Assembly: GCA_035528235.1 (NCBI GenBank)
Contig: DATKZB010000134.1
Coordinates: 1-46,899, forward strand
Length of the DNA: 46,899 nt
Direction: 5' to 3'
Origin: Phycisphaerae bacterium
GTDB taxonomy: Bacteria > Planctomycetota > Phycisphaerae > FEN-1346
Part shown: piece after piece, positions 9,428-17,112 of the stretch
Layout of the letters: every line of letters begins with the position of its first letter
Numbering within the stretch: position 1 is the stretch's first letter
Program-made: the position numbers and the translations under genes
The notes under the pieces: model-generated
Told to the model about the DNA's origin: nothing
Seen by the model: only the letters and a program-made list of their open reading frames with translations
Database searches by the model: none

Positions 9428-9976
9428 TTATCCCTGGACGCCCACCTCGTCGGCCAGGCGGCCGAGGGGCAATCGGCCCTGGCCCTTGATGGCCTCGGGA
9501 ACCGCACCGCCGGAACCGTTTCCGCTATCCCAGGTGGCGGCGAACGTGTTGAGTTCGAGCATCTCCAGTTCCGCCGAGATCTCGGTGATCTCGTCCACCA
9601 CGTAACTCTCGTCGCGCCACGCCGGCTGCGTCACGTCGGAGGCGGGGAAAAGGGTGTACGTCAGCGCGGCCGCGATGAGAACGGCCGCCGCGGCCACCCA
9701 CCGATAGCGGTACACCCGCCCCACCACGCTCGGCCGCGACACCCGGTGGGCCGCCGCCACCGACAGGCGCCGGCGAAGCATCTCGATGGCCTCGGGCCGG
9801 ACGGCCGGCGCGGCCGGGAGCGCCGTGAGGGCCTCCAGGCCCCGCTCGACGGCGCGGCACTCGGTCCGGCAGGTCGGGCAGGTCTCCAGGTGGGCCGCGA
9901 GGGCGCGGCGGCGGCGGGCCGACACCTCGCCGGCAGCGTACAGCACCCACTGGTCTCGATCAGGGCAACGGTTCAT
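9428..9976 (-). CDS. Anti-sigma factor with zf-HC2 motif and one TM helix
   Basis: The H-x3-C-x2-C motif is present in AAHLETCPTCRTEC. The TM segment is WVAAAAVLIAAALTYTLF. The gene overlaps the end of the sigma factor gene by 17 nt. Confidence 0.75.
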   Translation of the reverse strand: MNRCPDRDQWVLYAAGEVSARRRRALAAHLETCPTCRTECRAVERGLEALTALPAAPAVRPEAIEMLRRRLSVAAAHRVSRPSVVGRVYRYRWVAAAAVLIAAALTYTLFPASDVTQPAWRDESYVVDEITEISAELEMLELNTFAATWDSGNGSGGAVPEAIKGQGRLPLGRLADEVGVQG

Positions 9977-10508
9977 GGCTTTCCTCTGGAATCAGGTCCC
10001 CCAACTTTCTCAGCGCCCGGTGGGCCCGTGCCAGGACCGTTCCGAGCGGCTCGCCCGTGGCCCGGGCAATCGCCTTAAACGTCAGGTCGCCGTAATAACG
10101 CATGAGCAGCACCTCGCGATCGGCGTCCGGCAGCCGGGCCAGGGCCTGTTCGACGTCCCGGCGACGTTCCCGGCCGAGGGCGTCGGCCTCCGGCGGCACG
10201 TCCCTGGCGAGGACGGCCTGGGCCGGCGCCGCGGCGGCATCGTCATCGAGGCCCGTGGCGGGCTCGCGCGGGCGACGGCGGATCCAGTCGCGCGCCAGGT
10301 TTACCGCGATGCGAAAGATCCACGCCCGGAACTTCCCCTCCGAGCGATACGTCCCGAGGCTGCGGAAGGCACGAAGAAGCGTTTCCTGCATCAGGTCTTC
10401 GGCCACGTCTGACCGGCCGACCATGCGAAGCAGCAGGCCGTAAACCCGCGGCGAGAACGCCACCAGCAGCCGCTCGACGTCCTCGGAATCGCCTGTCTGT
10501 CCGGTCAT
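9960..10508 (-). CDS. ECF (group IV) sigma-70 family RNA polymerase sigma factor
   Basis: The region 2 sequence is VAEDLMQETLLRAFRSLGTYRSEGKFRAWIFRIAVNLARDWIRRR. The region 4 sequence is REVLLMRYYGDLTFKAIARATGEPLGTVLARAHRALRKL. Confidence 0.88.
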   Translation of the reverse strand: MTGQTGDSEDVERLLVAFSPRVYGLLLRMVGRSDVAEDLMQETLLRAFRSLGTYRSEGKFRAWIFRIAVNLARDWIRRRPREPATGLDDDAAAAPAQAVLARDVPPEADALGRERRRDVEQALARLPDADREVLLMRYYGDLTFKAIARATGEPLGTVLARAHRALRKLGDLIPEESHEPLP

Positions 10509-10575
10509 GCCTTCCGCCTGTCTGAACGGCCGTGTGGCCGGATTATTGCAGGCGATTCCGCCGGCCCCCGGCCGG

Positions 10576-10605
10576 TTGACACCGGGCCGCCCCCCGGGCT
10601 ATCAT
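10576..10605 (+). promoter_or_regulatory. Sigma70-like promoter candidate TTGACA-18 nt-TATCAT; ruvX is probably leaderless
   Basis: The hexamers are at 10576-10581 and 10600-10605. The ruvX ATG at 10612 begins 7 nt after the -10 hexamer. There is no Shine-Dalgarno sequence in between. Confidence 0.45.
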
Positions 10606-10611
10606 CGGCCC

Positions 10612-11028
10612 ATGCGGACGCTCGGCCTCGACCTCGGGCAGCGGCGCGTCGGCGTCGCCGTCAGCGACCCCGATGGTAGCATGGCGCACCCCCTCCTGCA
10701 ATTCGAACCCCGGGGCCGCCGCGACCTCGTGGCCACGGTGGCGCGGCTGGTGGGGGAACAGGAGGCGGGGCGGGTCGTCGTCGGCATGCCCCTGCTCCTG
10801 GACGGCACCAAGGGCGAGCAGGCCCGCCGAACCGAGGCCGTCGTGGCAGCCCTCGAGGAGACGCTCGACGTGCCCGTGACGACGTGGGACGAGCGGTTCA
10901 GCACCGCCCAGGCCGACGCCGCCATGCGCGAGGCGGGTCTTGGGCCCCGCCAACGCCGGTCGCGCCGCGACAAGGTGGCCGCGACGCTCATCCTCCAGTC
11001 TTACCTGGACGCCGGGCGCCGGCCTTAG
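10612..11028 (+). CDS. ruvX: Putative pre-16S rRNA nuclease / Holliday junction resolvase-like YqgF
   Basis: The sequence MRTLGLDLGQRRVGVAVSDPDGSMAHPL...VVVGMPLLLDGTKGEQA...WDERFSTAQA...DKVAATLILQSYLD is the canonical YqgF/RuvX layout. Confidence 0.88.
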   Translation: MRTLGLDLGQRRVGVAVSDPDGSMAHPLLQFEPRGRRDLVATVARLVGEQEAGRVVVGMPLLLDGTKGEQARRTEAVVAALEETLDVPVTTWDERFSTAQADAAMREAGLGPRQRRSRRDKVAATLILQSYLDAGRRP

Positions 11029-12613
11029 CCGGGCCGGCGGCGACGGGCTGGCTGTCGACGCGGACTTCCTGGCCGCGGTCGTCGAGGCAGCGGTACGAGA
11101 CCTGGTCCATGCCGGCCGCGGCGTCGCCGATGAGGCGGATGCGGCGGTTGTAGGTGCTCTCCATCCGCGTCAGGCCCGTGCGCCGGGTGTTGTTGACGTA
11201 CTCGGCCACTTGGGGATGAAGCCGGACCTCGACGGTGCTGACCTGGTTGCAGCCGGCCAGCAGTTTCATGTACCGCATGACCTCCAGGGCCATCGACTCG
11301 GCGTTCTTGATAATGCCGGATCCCTTGCAGTAGGGGCAGTCCATGTAGGTGGTGCGTTCGAGGCTGGGCTGGACGCGCTGGCGGGTCATCTCGACGACGC
11401 CGAACTTCGAGATGTGCGCCATCTGGTACCGGGCGCGGTCGGTCTTGAAGGCGTCGCGGAAGCCCTTCTCGACGTTCCGGCGGTTGGCGAGTTTTTCCAT
11501 GTCGACGAAGTCGATGATGAGCAGGCCGCCGAGGTCGCGCAGGCGGATCTGGCGTGCAATCTCCTTGGCGGCCATGAGATTGAGCTGGTGGGCCGATTCC
11601 TCGGCGTCGCGGCCGTGGCGGAAACTGCCGGAGTTCACGTCGATGGCCACGATGGCTTCCGTCTGGTCGATGACCAGGTTGCCGCCCTTCGGCAGGGGGA
11701 CCGTCCGGCTGTAGACGCGTTCGATGGCCTCCTCGATGCCGTAGCGGTGGAACAGGGGCACGTCGTCGTGGTAGAGTTTGGCGCGGTTCTGGTAGCGAGG
11801 CATGACGATCTTCATAAAGTCGCCGACGCGGCGCAGGGCCGCGTCGGAATCGACCCAGATCGCCTCGATTTCCGGCGTATAGATATCGCGTAGAGTCCGA
11901 AGCACGAGGTCGGACTCGCGGAAGATCTCGGCCGGGGCCTTGTCGGTCTTGGCCCGGGCCTTGACGACCTTCCAGAGGCGCACCAGGTACTGGAGGTCTC
12001 GCTGGATTTCGCGTTTGCTGCGCCCCAGGCCGGCCGTCCGGATGATGAACCCCATGTCGGGCGGGGGATCGAGTTCGGCCAGCAGGTCGCGCATCTGCCG
12101 ACGGACGGCCTCGTCCTCGATCTTGCGCGACACGCCCAGCCGGCCCAGGTGGGGCATCAGAACCAGGTAACGCCCGGGAATCGACAGCGCGGTCGTCAGC
12201 GACGGGCCCTTCGTGCCGATGCCTTCCTTGGTGATCTGGACGACCACGTCGTCGCCGGGCCGGAAGATCTCCTGGATGGTCCGGCGGCGGTGCCGGTCGC
12301 GGCCCTTGCCCTTGTCCTGGTCCTGGTCCTTGTCCGGGTCCTTCGGCTTCCCGTTGCCGCCGCGGAGGCGTCCGGGGTAGGCCCGGGGGATAACGTCGCT
12401 GACGTGGAGGAACCCGTTCTTGGCCATTCCGATGTCGACGAAGGCGGCCTGGATGGAGGGTTCGACGTTGTTGACGCGTCCCTTGTAGATGTTGCTGACG
12501 TGCCGCTCGACGCTGGCACGTTCCATGTAGAGTTCTTCGAGTTCGCCATCGCGGGTGATGGCGATGCGGCACTCCTCGCCCTCCACGACGTTGACCAGCA
12601 TTTCGGTGCTCAT
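10988..12613 (-). CDS. rng: Ribonuclease E/G family endoribonuclease
   Basis: The product is 541 aa. The N-terminal S1 region is MLVNVVEGEECRIAITRDGELEELYMER....NIYKGRVNNVEPSIQAAFVDIGMAKNGFLHVSDV. The catalytic core motifs are VIDQTEAIVAIDVNSG and GLLIIDFVDM. The CPYCKGSG zinc link is present. Confidence 0.9.
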   Translation of the reverse strand: MSTEMLVNVVEGEECRIAITRDGELEELYMERASVERHVSNIYKGRVNNVEPSIQAAFVDIGMAKNGFLHVSDVIPRAYPGRLRGGNGKPKDPDKDQDQDKGKGRDRHRRRTIQEIFRPGDDVVVQITKEGIGTKGPSLTTALSIPGRYLVLMPHLGRLGVSRKIEDEAVRRQMRDLLAELDPPPDMGFIIRTAGLGRSKREIQRDLQYLVRLWKVVKARAKTDKAPAEIFRESDLVLRTLRDIYTPEIEAIWVDSDAALRRVGDFMKIVMPRYQNRAKLYHDDVPLFHRYGIEEAIERVYSRTVPLPKGGNLVIDQTEAIVAIDVNSGSFRHGRDAEESAHQLNLMAAKEIARQIRLRDLGGLLIIDFVDMEKLANRRNVEKGFRDAFKTDRARYQMAHISKFGVVEMTRQRVQPSLERTTYMDCPYCKGSGIIKNAESMALEVMRYMKLLAGCNQVSTVEVRLHPQVAEYVNNTRRTGLTRMESTYNRRIRLIGDAAAGMDQVSYRCLDDRGQEVRVDSQPVAAGPAKAGARRPGKTGG

Positions 12614-12675
12614 CGCGACCCGTGTCCTTTCGGGCTGTCGGTTTCGTGGGGCGGGAGGCGCATCCGGCGGGGCGT

Positions 12676-13305
12676 TCAGCCCAGGCGGACCTCGACGCGG
12701 CGCAGGTCGGCCCGGGCGACGGCCTCGCGGTCGAAGCCCAGCAGCCGCAGGACCTCGTCGGGCCGGACGGTGCCGCCGGGGCCGGTGGTCAGGACCATGC
12801 GCACCCCTTGGGCGCCGACCGGTTCGAGTTGCTCGATGAACGCCCGGGCGTCGAGGGCCTTGTCGCCCTTCGGCCGGTGGCGGACAATCGGCGCCTCGGA
12901 TTGCCCGAGCAACCGGGCGATCCGGTCTGGGAGGTCGGGACAGGGCGCCTCGATCATCGCGACGTAGATGACGGCAACCGGCCGTGCCTTGTCGGTGGGG
13001 CGGATCAGGTCGAGCGAATCGACCCGGACGTCGGCGGGAACCTGGCGGCGAAGCTCGCCGAGTACAGCCTCAGGATTGACCCAGTCGGCCAGTTCGAACT
13101 CCAAAATTTCGGCCTCTGAGGCAATGCCGACGCTGCGCGGTTCCACGAGCGACATCTTCGGCCGCGGGTTGAATCCCTGGCTCATTCGCAGTGGCAAGGC
13201 CGCGCGGCGAAGCGCTCGCTCCCACACTCGCATCATGTCGTGATGACTGAGGTACCGCTTGTCTCCTTCCACGCGAAACCAAAGACGAAGCCGTTGACGA
13301 AACAA
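12676..13305 (-). CDS. TIGR03936/DUF2344 family protein (radical-SAM-associated)
   Basis: The sequence FRVEGDKRYLSHHDMMRVWERALRRAALPLRMSQGFNPRPKMS is the characteristic N-terminus of this family. The start is a TTG. It lies directly upstream of rng, as in many bacteria. Confidence 0.7.
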   Translation of the reverse strand: MFRQRLRLWFRVEGDKRYLSHHDMMRVWERALRRAALPLRMSQGFNPRPKMSLVEPRSVGIASEAEILEFELADWVNPEAVLGELRRQVPADVRVDSLDLIRPTDKARPVAVIYVAMIEAPCPDLPDRIARLLGQSEAPIVRHRPKGDKALDARAFIEQLEPVGAQGVRMVLTTGPGGTVRPDEVLRLLGFDREAVARADLRRVEVRLG

Positions 13306-13382
13306 ACTCGCTCCTGATACAGCGGATGCCTCGTATACCCCTGCCGCGACCGTCGCGGTCCTTGTCGTACTCAGGATACCCT

Positions 13383-13411
13383 ATTGTAGGCCGTTCGCCC
13401 CCGGGCCACAA
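13383..13411 (-). promoter_or_regulatory. Sigma70-like promoter candidate TTGTGG-17 nt-TACAAT for the DUF2344-rng operon
   Basis: On the minus strand the -35 hexamer is at 13411-13406 and the -10 hexamer at 13388-13383. The spacer is exactly 17 nt. Confidence 0.4.
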
Positions 13412-13422
13412 CCCCGAATCCC

Positions 13423-14667
13423 TCAGACGAGTTCCGTCACGCCCGGCACGGGCACCGGCGGCACGGGGTTCGGGCCGAACTCGTACTTGGCCGGCGCCAG
13501 GTCCAGTTTGGACGACTCCATGACCCACTTCCAGGAGATCTCGCGGCCGGTGTAAGCCGACATGCGGCCCATGACGGAGGTCAGCGACGTCTCGGCGATC
13601 TGCCGGCCCTCGTTCAGGGGTTTGCCCGCGCGGATGCCGGCCACCAGGTCGGCGTGTTCCTGGACCGACGGGTCCGGCACGGTCTTCTCGTACGTCCACT
13701 CGTTCTGGCCCGTAATGACCCCGCGCGAGGGGTACGCCATGCCCTTGGAGCCCACGATGACGGCGTCGACCCGGTGGGCGGTATTGTTGGCCTGGCGGCA
13801 GAGGCTCATGACGCGGACCCCGCCGGGGTACTCGTACTCGACGCCGAAGTGGTCCCAGATGTTGCCCCACTTGGGGTCGGTGCGGGTCTGCCGGCCGCCC
13901 GTGGCGATGCACTTGACGGGCGTGGCCCCGAGGGCCCAGTTCATGATGTCGTGCTGGTGGACGTGCTGCTCGACGATGTGGTCGCCGGAGAGCCAGGTGA
14001 AGTAGTACCAGTTGCGGCACTGGTACTCCATTTCGGACCAGTCTGGCTTGGGCTGGTGGTGCCAGAGTTCGCCGGTCAGGAAGTAACACTCGCCGGAGCG
14101 GATGTCGCCGATGGCGCCGTCGTGGACGCGCTGGATGGTCTCGACGGCGTTGGCCTGGTGGCGGGTCTGGGTGCCCGCGACGATGGCCAGACCCTTCTCT
14201 TCGGCCATGCGGGCGGTCTCGATGACGTGCCGCACGCCCGCCGGGTCCACCGCCACGGGTTTCTCGGCAAAGACGTGTTTGCCGGCCTCGATGGCGGCCC
14301 GCATGTGGATGGGCCGGAAGCCCGGGGGCTGGGTCAGCAGCACCAGGTCCACGCACTCCAGGACCGCCTGGCAGTTGTCCCAGCCGTGAAAACAGCGGTC
14401 GGGCGTGACCTGGAACTGGTCGGCCGAGAGTTCCTTGGTTCCCTTGAGGCGGTTGAAGCAGCCGTCGACGCGGTCTTTGAAGAGGTCGCCCAGGGCGCGG
14501 ATCTGAACGCCGGGGGCGGACTTGGCACAGTTCACAACGTCCTGGGTCCCGCGGCCGCCGGTGCCGACCAGGCCGATGCGGAGGGTGTCGGTGCCCGCGG
14601 CATGGGCGACGGCGGCGAGGCCCGCTGCAACGGTTCCGGCCGAGGCAAGGCTCTTGGCTGGCTTCAT
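13423..14667 (-). CDS. Gfo/Idh/MocA family oxidoreductase (exported paralog 1)
   Basis: The start was chosen at MKPAKSLASAGTVAAGLAAVAHAAG and is preceded by AAGGAGGG. The Rossmann motif is IGLVGTGGRGT. The sequence is collinear with the next gene, including the C-terminus GREISWKWV...KYEFGP. Confidence 0.85.
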   Translation of the reverse strand: MKPAKSLASAGTVAAGLAAVAHAAGTDTLRIGLVGTGGRGTQDVVNCAKSAPGVQIRALGDLFKDRVDGCFNRLKGTKELSADQFQVTPDRCFHGWDNCQAVLECVDLVLLTQPPGFRPIHMRAAIEAGKHVFAEKPVAVDPAGVRHVIETARMAEEKGLAIVAGTQTRHQANAVETIQRVHDGAIGDIRSGECYFLTGELWHHQPKPDWSEMEYQCRNWYYFTWLSGDHIVEQHVHQHDIMNWALGATPVKCIATGGRQTRTDPKWGNIWDHFGVEYEYPGGVRVMSLCRQANNTAHRVDAVIVGSKGMAYPSRGVITGQNEWTYEKTVPDPSVQEHADLVAGIRAGKPLNEGRQIAETSLTSVMGRMSAYTGREISWKWVMESSKLDLAPAKYEFGPNPVPPVPVPGVTELV

Positions 14668-14777
14668 GGTCCCACCCTCCTTGGTGCGGGAGCGTCGGTC
14701 CACGGTCGCCCTCTGGACGGCGGCACAGAAAGAGCCCGCGCGGCGGATCGCGAGGACCCGCCGCGCGGGGCTGAACC

Positions 14778-16082
14778 TTAGATGAGTTCCACCTTGCCCG
14801 GAATGGCAACGGCCGGCGGCTCGAACGGCCCGAACTCGTACTTCTCGGGGCCGAGTTTGAGTTTCGACGTCTGGGTGACCCACTTCCAGGAGATTTCGCG
14901 GCCGGTGTAGGCCGACATGCGGCCCATGACGGCGGCCATGCACGATTCGGTGACCTGCTTGCCCTCGTTGTAGTGCGGGCCGGTGCCGAGGATGCTCTTG
15001 ATGAAGTCCTCGTGCTCGACGACGTAGTGGTTGGGGTCTTCGCCCTTGAAGTCCCATTTATTCTCGCCCGAGATGTTGCCGTTGGCGTTGGAGGTGCCCT
15101 TCTCGCCGACGAGGCGTTCGGAGACGCGGCCGGCGCTCTTGGGCCAATGCGAGCAGTAAGACGCGCAGCGGACGCCGCCGGGGAACTCGTACTCGACGGC
15201 AAAGTGGTCGTAGATATTGCCCGGCTCCTCGCGGGTCTGGCGTCCGCCGACGGCGATGCACTTCTCGGGCGGGCCCTTGAACGCCCACAGCATGATGTCG
15301 AGGTTGTGGACGTGCTGCTCGACAATGTGGTCGCCACAGGTCCAGCACCAGGCGTACCAGTTGAGGCACTGCCACTCGATGTCGGACATGTTGTTGCCAC
15401 GTTTGCGGTTGTGGGTAACCGGCCCGCCCATCCAGTAGAACTGTCCGCCGGTGAGTTTGCCCATGGCGCCGTTATGGATCTGCTCGATGGTGGCCTGGTA
15501 GCGTTTGGAGTGGCGGCGCTGGGTGCCGGCGACGACGGTGAGTTCCTTCTTGTCGGCCTCGTCGGCCGCCGCGAGGTTCTGGCGGTAGCCCCAGGGGTCG
15601 ACGCAGACGGGCTTCTCCATGTAGACGTGCTTGCCGGCGGCGATGGCTGCCGGAAAGTGGATGGGCCGGAAGCCCGGCGGCGTGGCCGTGATGATGCCAT
15701 CGATGTCGCAGGCCAGCACCTTCTTGTAGTTGTCGAAGCCGCCGAAGCACCGCTCCTCGGTGACGTCCGTCCGGTCCTTGTAGTTGTCGTCTTTCTTGAG
15801 GCTGTTCATGAAGCCCTTGGCACGGTCGACCCACAGGTCGCCCAGGGCGACGATCTTGACGTTGGCGTTGATGTTCTTGGCGGCGTTCAGGAAGTCGCGC
15901 GTGGCGCCGGTGCCGCGGCCGCCGCAACCGATGACGCCGACCTTGATGACGTCCGACCCGGCCGCATGGGCCACGTGGCCCGCGTACCCCGACATCAGGA
16001 CGGCGGCCGACGTGGCAGCCGTTCCTTTGAGGAAGTTACGGCGACTTACCTGATTCCCTGCACTTGGCTCAGCCATGGACAC
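14778..16082 (-). CDS. Gfo/Idh/MocA family oxidoreductase with twin-arginine signal (paralog 2)
   Basis: The Tat motif is SRRNFLKGTAATSAAVLMSG. The Rossmann motif is VGVIGCGGRGTG. It is a tandem paralog of 13423..14667. Confidence 0.88.
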   Translation of the reverse strand: MSMAEPSAGNQVSRRNFLKGTAATSAAVLMSGYAGHVAHAAGSDVIKVGVIGCGGRGTGATRDFLNAAKNINANVKIVALGDLWVDRAKGFMNSLKKDDNYKDRTDVTEERCFGGFDNYKKVLACDIDGIITATPPGFRPIHFPAAIAAGKHVYMEKPVCVDPWGYRQNLAAADEADKKELTVVAGTQRRHSKRYQATIEQIHNGAMGKLTGGQFYWMGGPVTHNRKRGNNMSDIEWQCLNWYAWCWTCGDHIVEQHVHNLDIMLWAFKGPPEKCIAVGGRQTREEPGNIYDHFAVEYEFPGGVRCASYCSHWPKSAGRVSERLVGEKGTSNANGNISGENKWDFKGEDPNHYVVEHEDFIKSILGTGPHYNEGKQVTESCMAAVMGRMSAYTGREISWKWVTQTSKLKLGPEKYEFGPFEPPAVAIPGKVELI

Positions 16083-16110
16083 ACCCTTTCCGTTCTGTGC
16101 GACGCGTCGT

Positions 16111-17022
16111 TCAGGCGGTCGCTTCTTCCCATTGGGCCTTGAGGAACTTGAATGACTTGGGGATCTCGACGTTCGGATCGCCCTCGACGTGGCATTCGAG
16201 ACTGCAATAGTCCTGGTAACCGATGCGCTCGAGGCCGCGGAACCCGTCGACGAAACTGCGCTCGGGCTTGTTGGGCTCCTTCCGCTGGTCCTGGCCGGGC
16301 AGCCACCGGATGCGGCTCGCCAGGTGCACGTGGTGGCACCACTTGCCGGCCGACAGGAAGGCGCCCTGGTCGCTCGTCTCCTCGATGCACATATGATAGA
16401 AGTCGCCCATCATGCAGACGCCGTCGCTGCCCGAGTCGCGGCAGAGTTGGGCGCCCAGGGCCAACTGGTTCAGGAAGCGGGCCTCGCCGCGGTTCAGCGG
16501 TTCCATGAGCAGGCGGCCGCCGACCTTGGCGGCGTGCTCGCCGACCTCGCGCAGGTGCCCCAGGATGACCTTCTTGGCCTCGTAAAACTCCAGTTGCGGA
16601 TGGCCGTTGAAGGCCGGCACGAGAATGACGCCGGTGGACCCGGCCTCGGCGCCGACCTCGACGGCCCGCTTGAGGTCCTCGACGGCCTTCTGACGCTTGG
16701 CCTCGTCGGGGTCGATGAGGGGGAAGTAACCCCAGCACAGCGCGGCCACGCCGCAGCCGGTGCCTTCGAGGTCCTTCCGTGTCTGCTTGGCCCGGTTCAG
16801 GTCCATGCCGCCGAACTCCAGGCCGCAGCCGCCGAACTCCTGGACCTTCTCGGCCTTCTCCTTGACGCTCTTGCCGGGGATCTTGCCGTCCTGGCTGCAC
16901 AGTTTGAGCACGCCCGGCTTGGCCGGCTCGGCGGCCGCGCGCACCGCCCGCCCGCCCGCCGACAGCCCTGCCGCCGCGCCGGCGCCGACAAGAGACGTCT
17001 TGAGGAAATCGCGTCGATCCAT
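16111..17022 (-). CDS. Xylose isomerase-like TIM-barrel (sugar phosphate isomerase/epimerase family) protein with Tat signal
   Basis: The N-terminus MDRRDFLKTSLVGAGAAAGL is a Tat-type leader. The body has typical AP-endonuclease-2/xylose-isomerase-fold segments (GLEFGG, STGVILVPAFNG, CMMGDFYHMCIEE). Confidence 0.75.
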   Translation of the reverse strand: MDRRDFLKTSLVGAGAAAGLSAGGRAVRAAAEPAKPGVLKLCSQDGKIPGKSVKEKAEKVQEFGGCGLEFGGMDLNRAKQTRKDLEGTGCGVAALCWGYFPLIDPDEAKRQKAVEDLKRAVEVGAEAGSTGVILVPAFNGHPQLEFYEAKKVILGHLREVGEHAAKVGGRLLMEPLNRGEARFLNQLALGAQLCRDSGSDGVCMMGDFYHMCIEETSDQGAFLSAGKWCHHVHLASRIRWLPGQDQRKEPNKPERSFVDGFRGLERIGYQDYCSLECHVEGDPNVEIPKSFKFLKAQWEEATA

Positions 17023-17112
17023 GGTTCCGCCCCTTATACCCGTTTGACGTTCGAAAGCGTAGCACCATTTACCGCCCGGCGTCGCCGCGATGGCAGCCCG
17101 CCGGGCCAGGCC

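Noticed and set aside
11026-11050. TTAGCCGGGCCGGCGGCGACGG after the ruvX stop, resembling the GTTAGCC repeat leader
   Set aside because: It lies inside the 3' coding end of rng and lacks the full hairpin unit, so the resemblance is probably coincidental.
13070-15700. 876-aa minus-strand ORF and the 544-aa version of 13423..15057
   Set aside because: They are out of frame with, or over-extended relative to, the two Gfo/Idh/MocA genes. The 544-aa ORF overlaps the 3' end of the upstream paralog. An internal ATG at 14667 with AAGGAGGG gives a normal-length protein.
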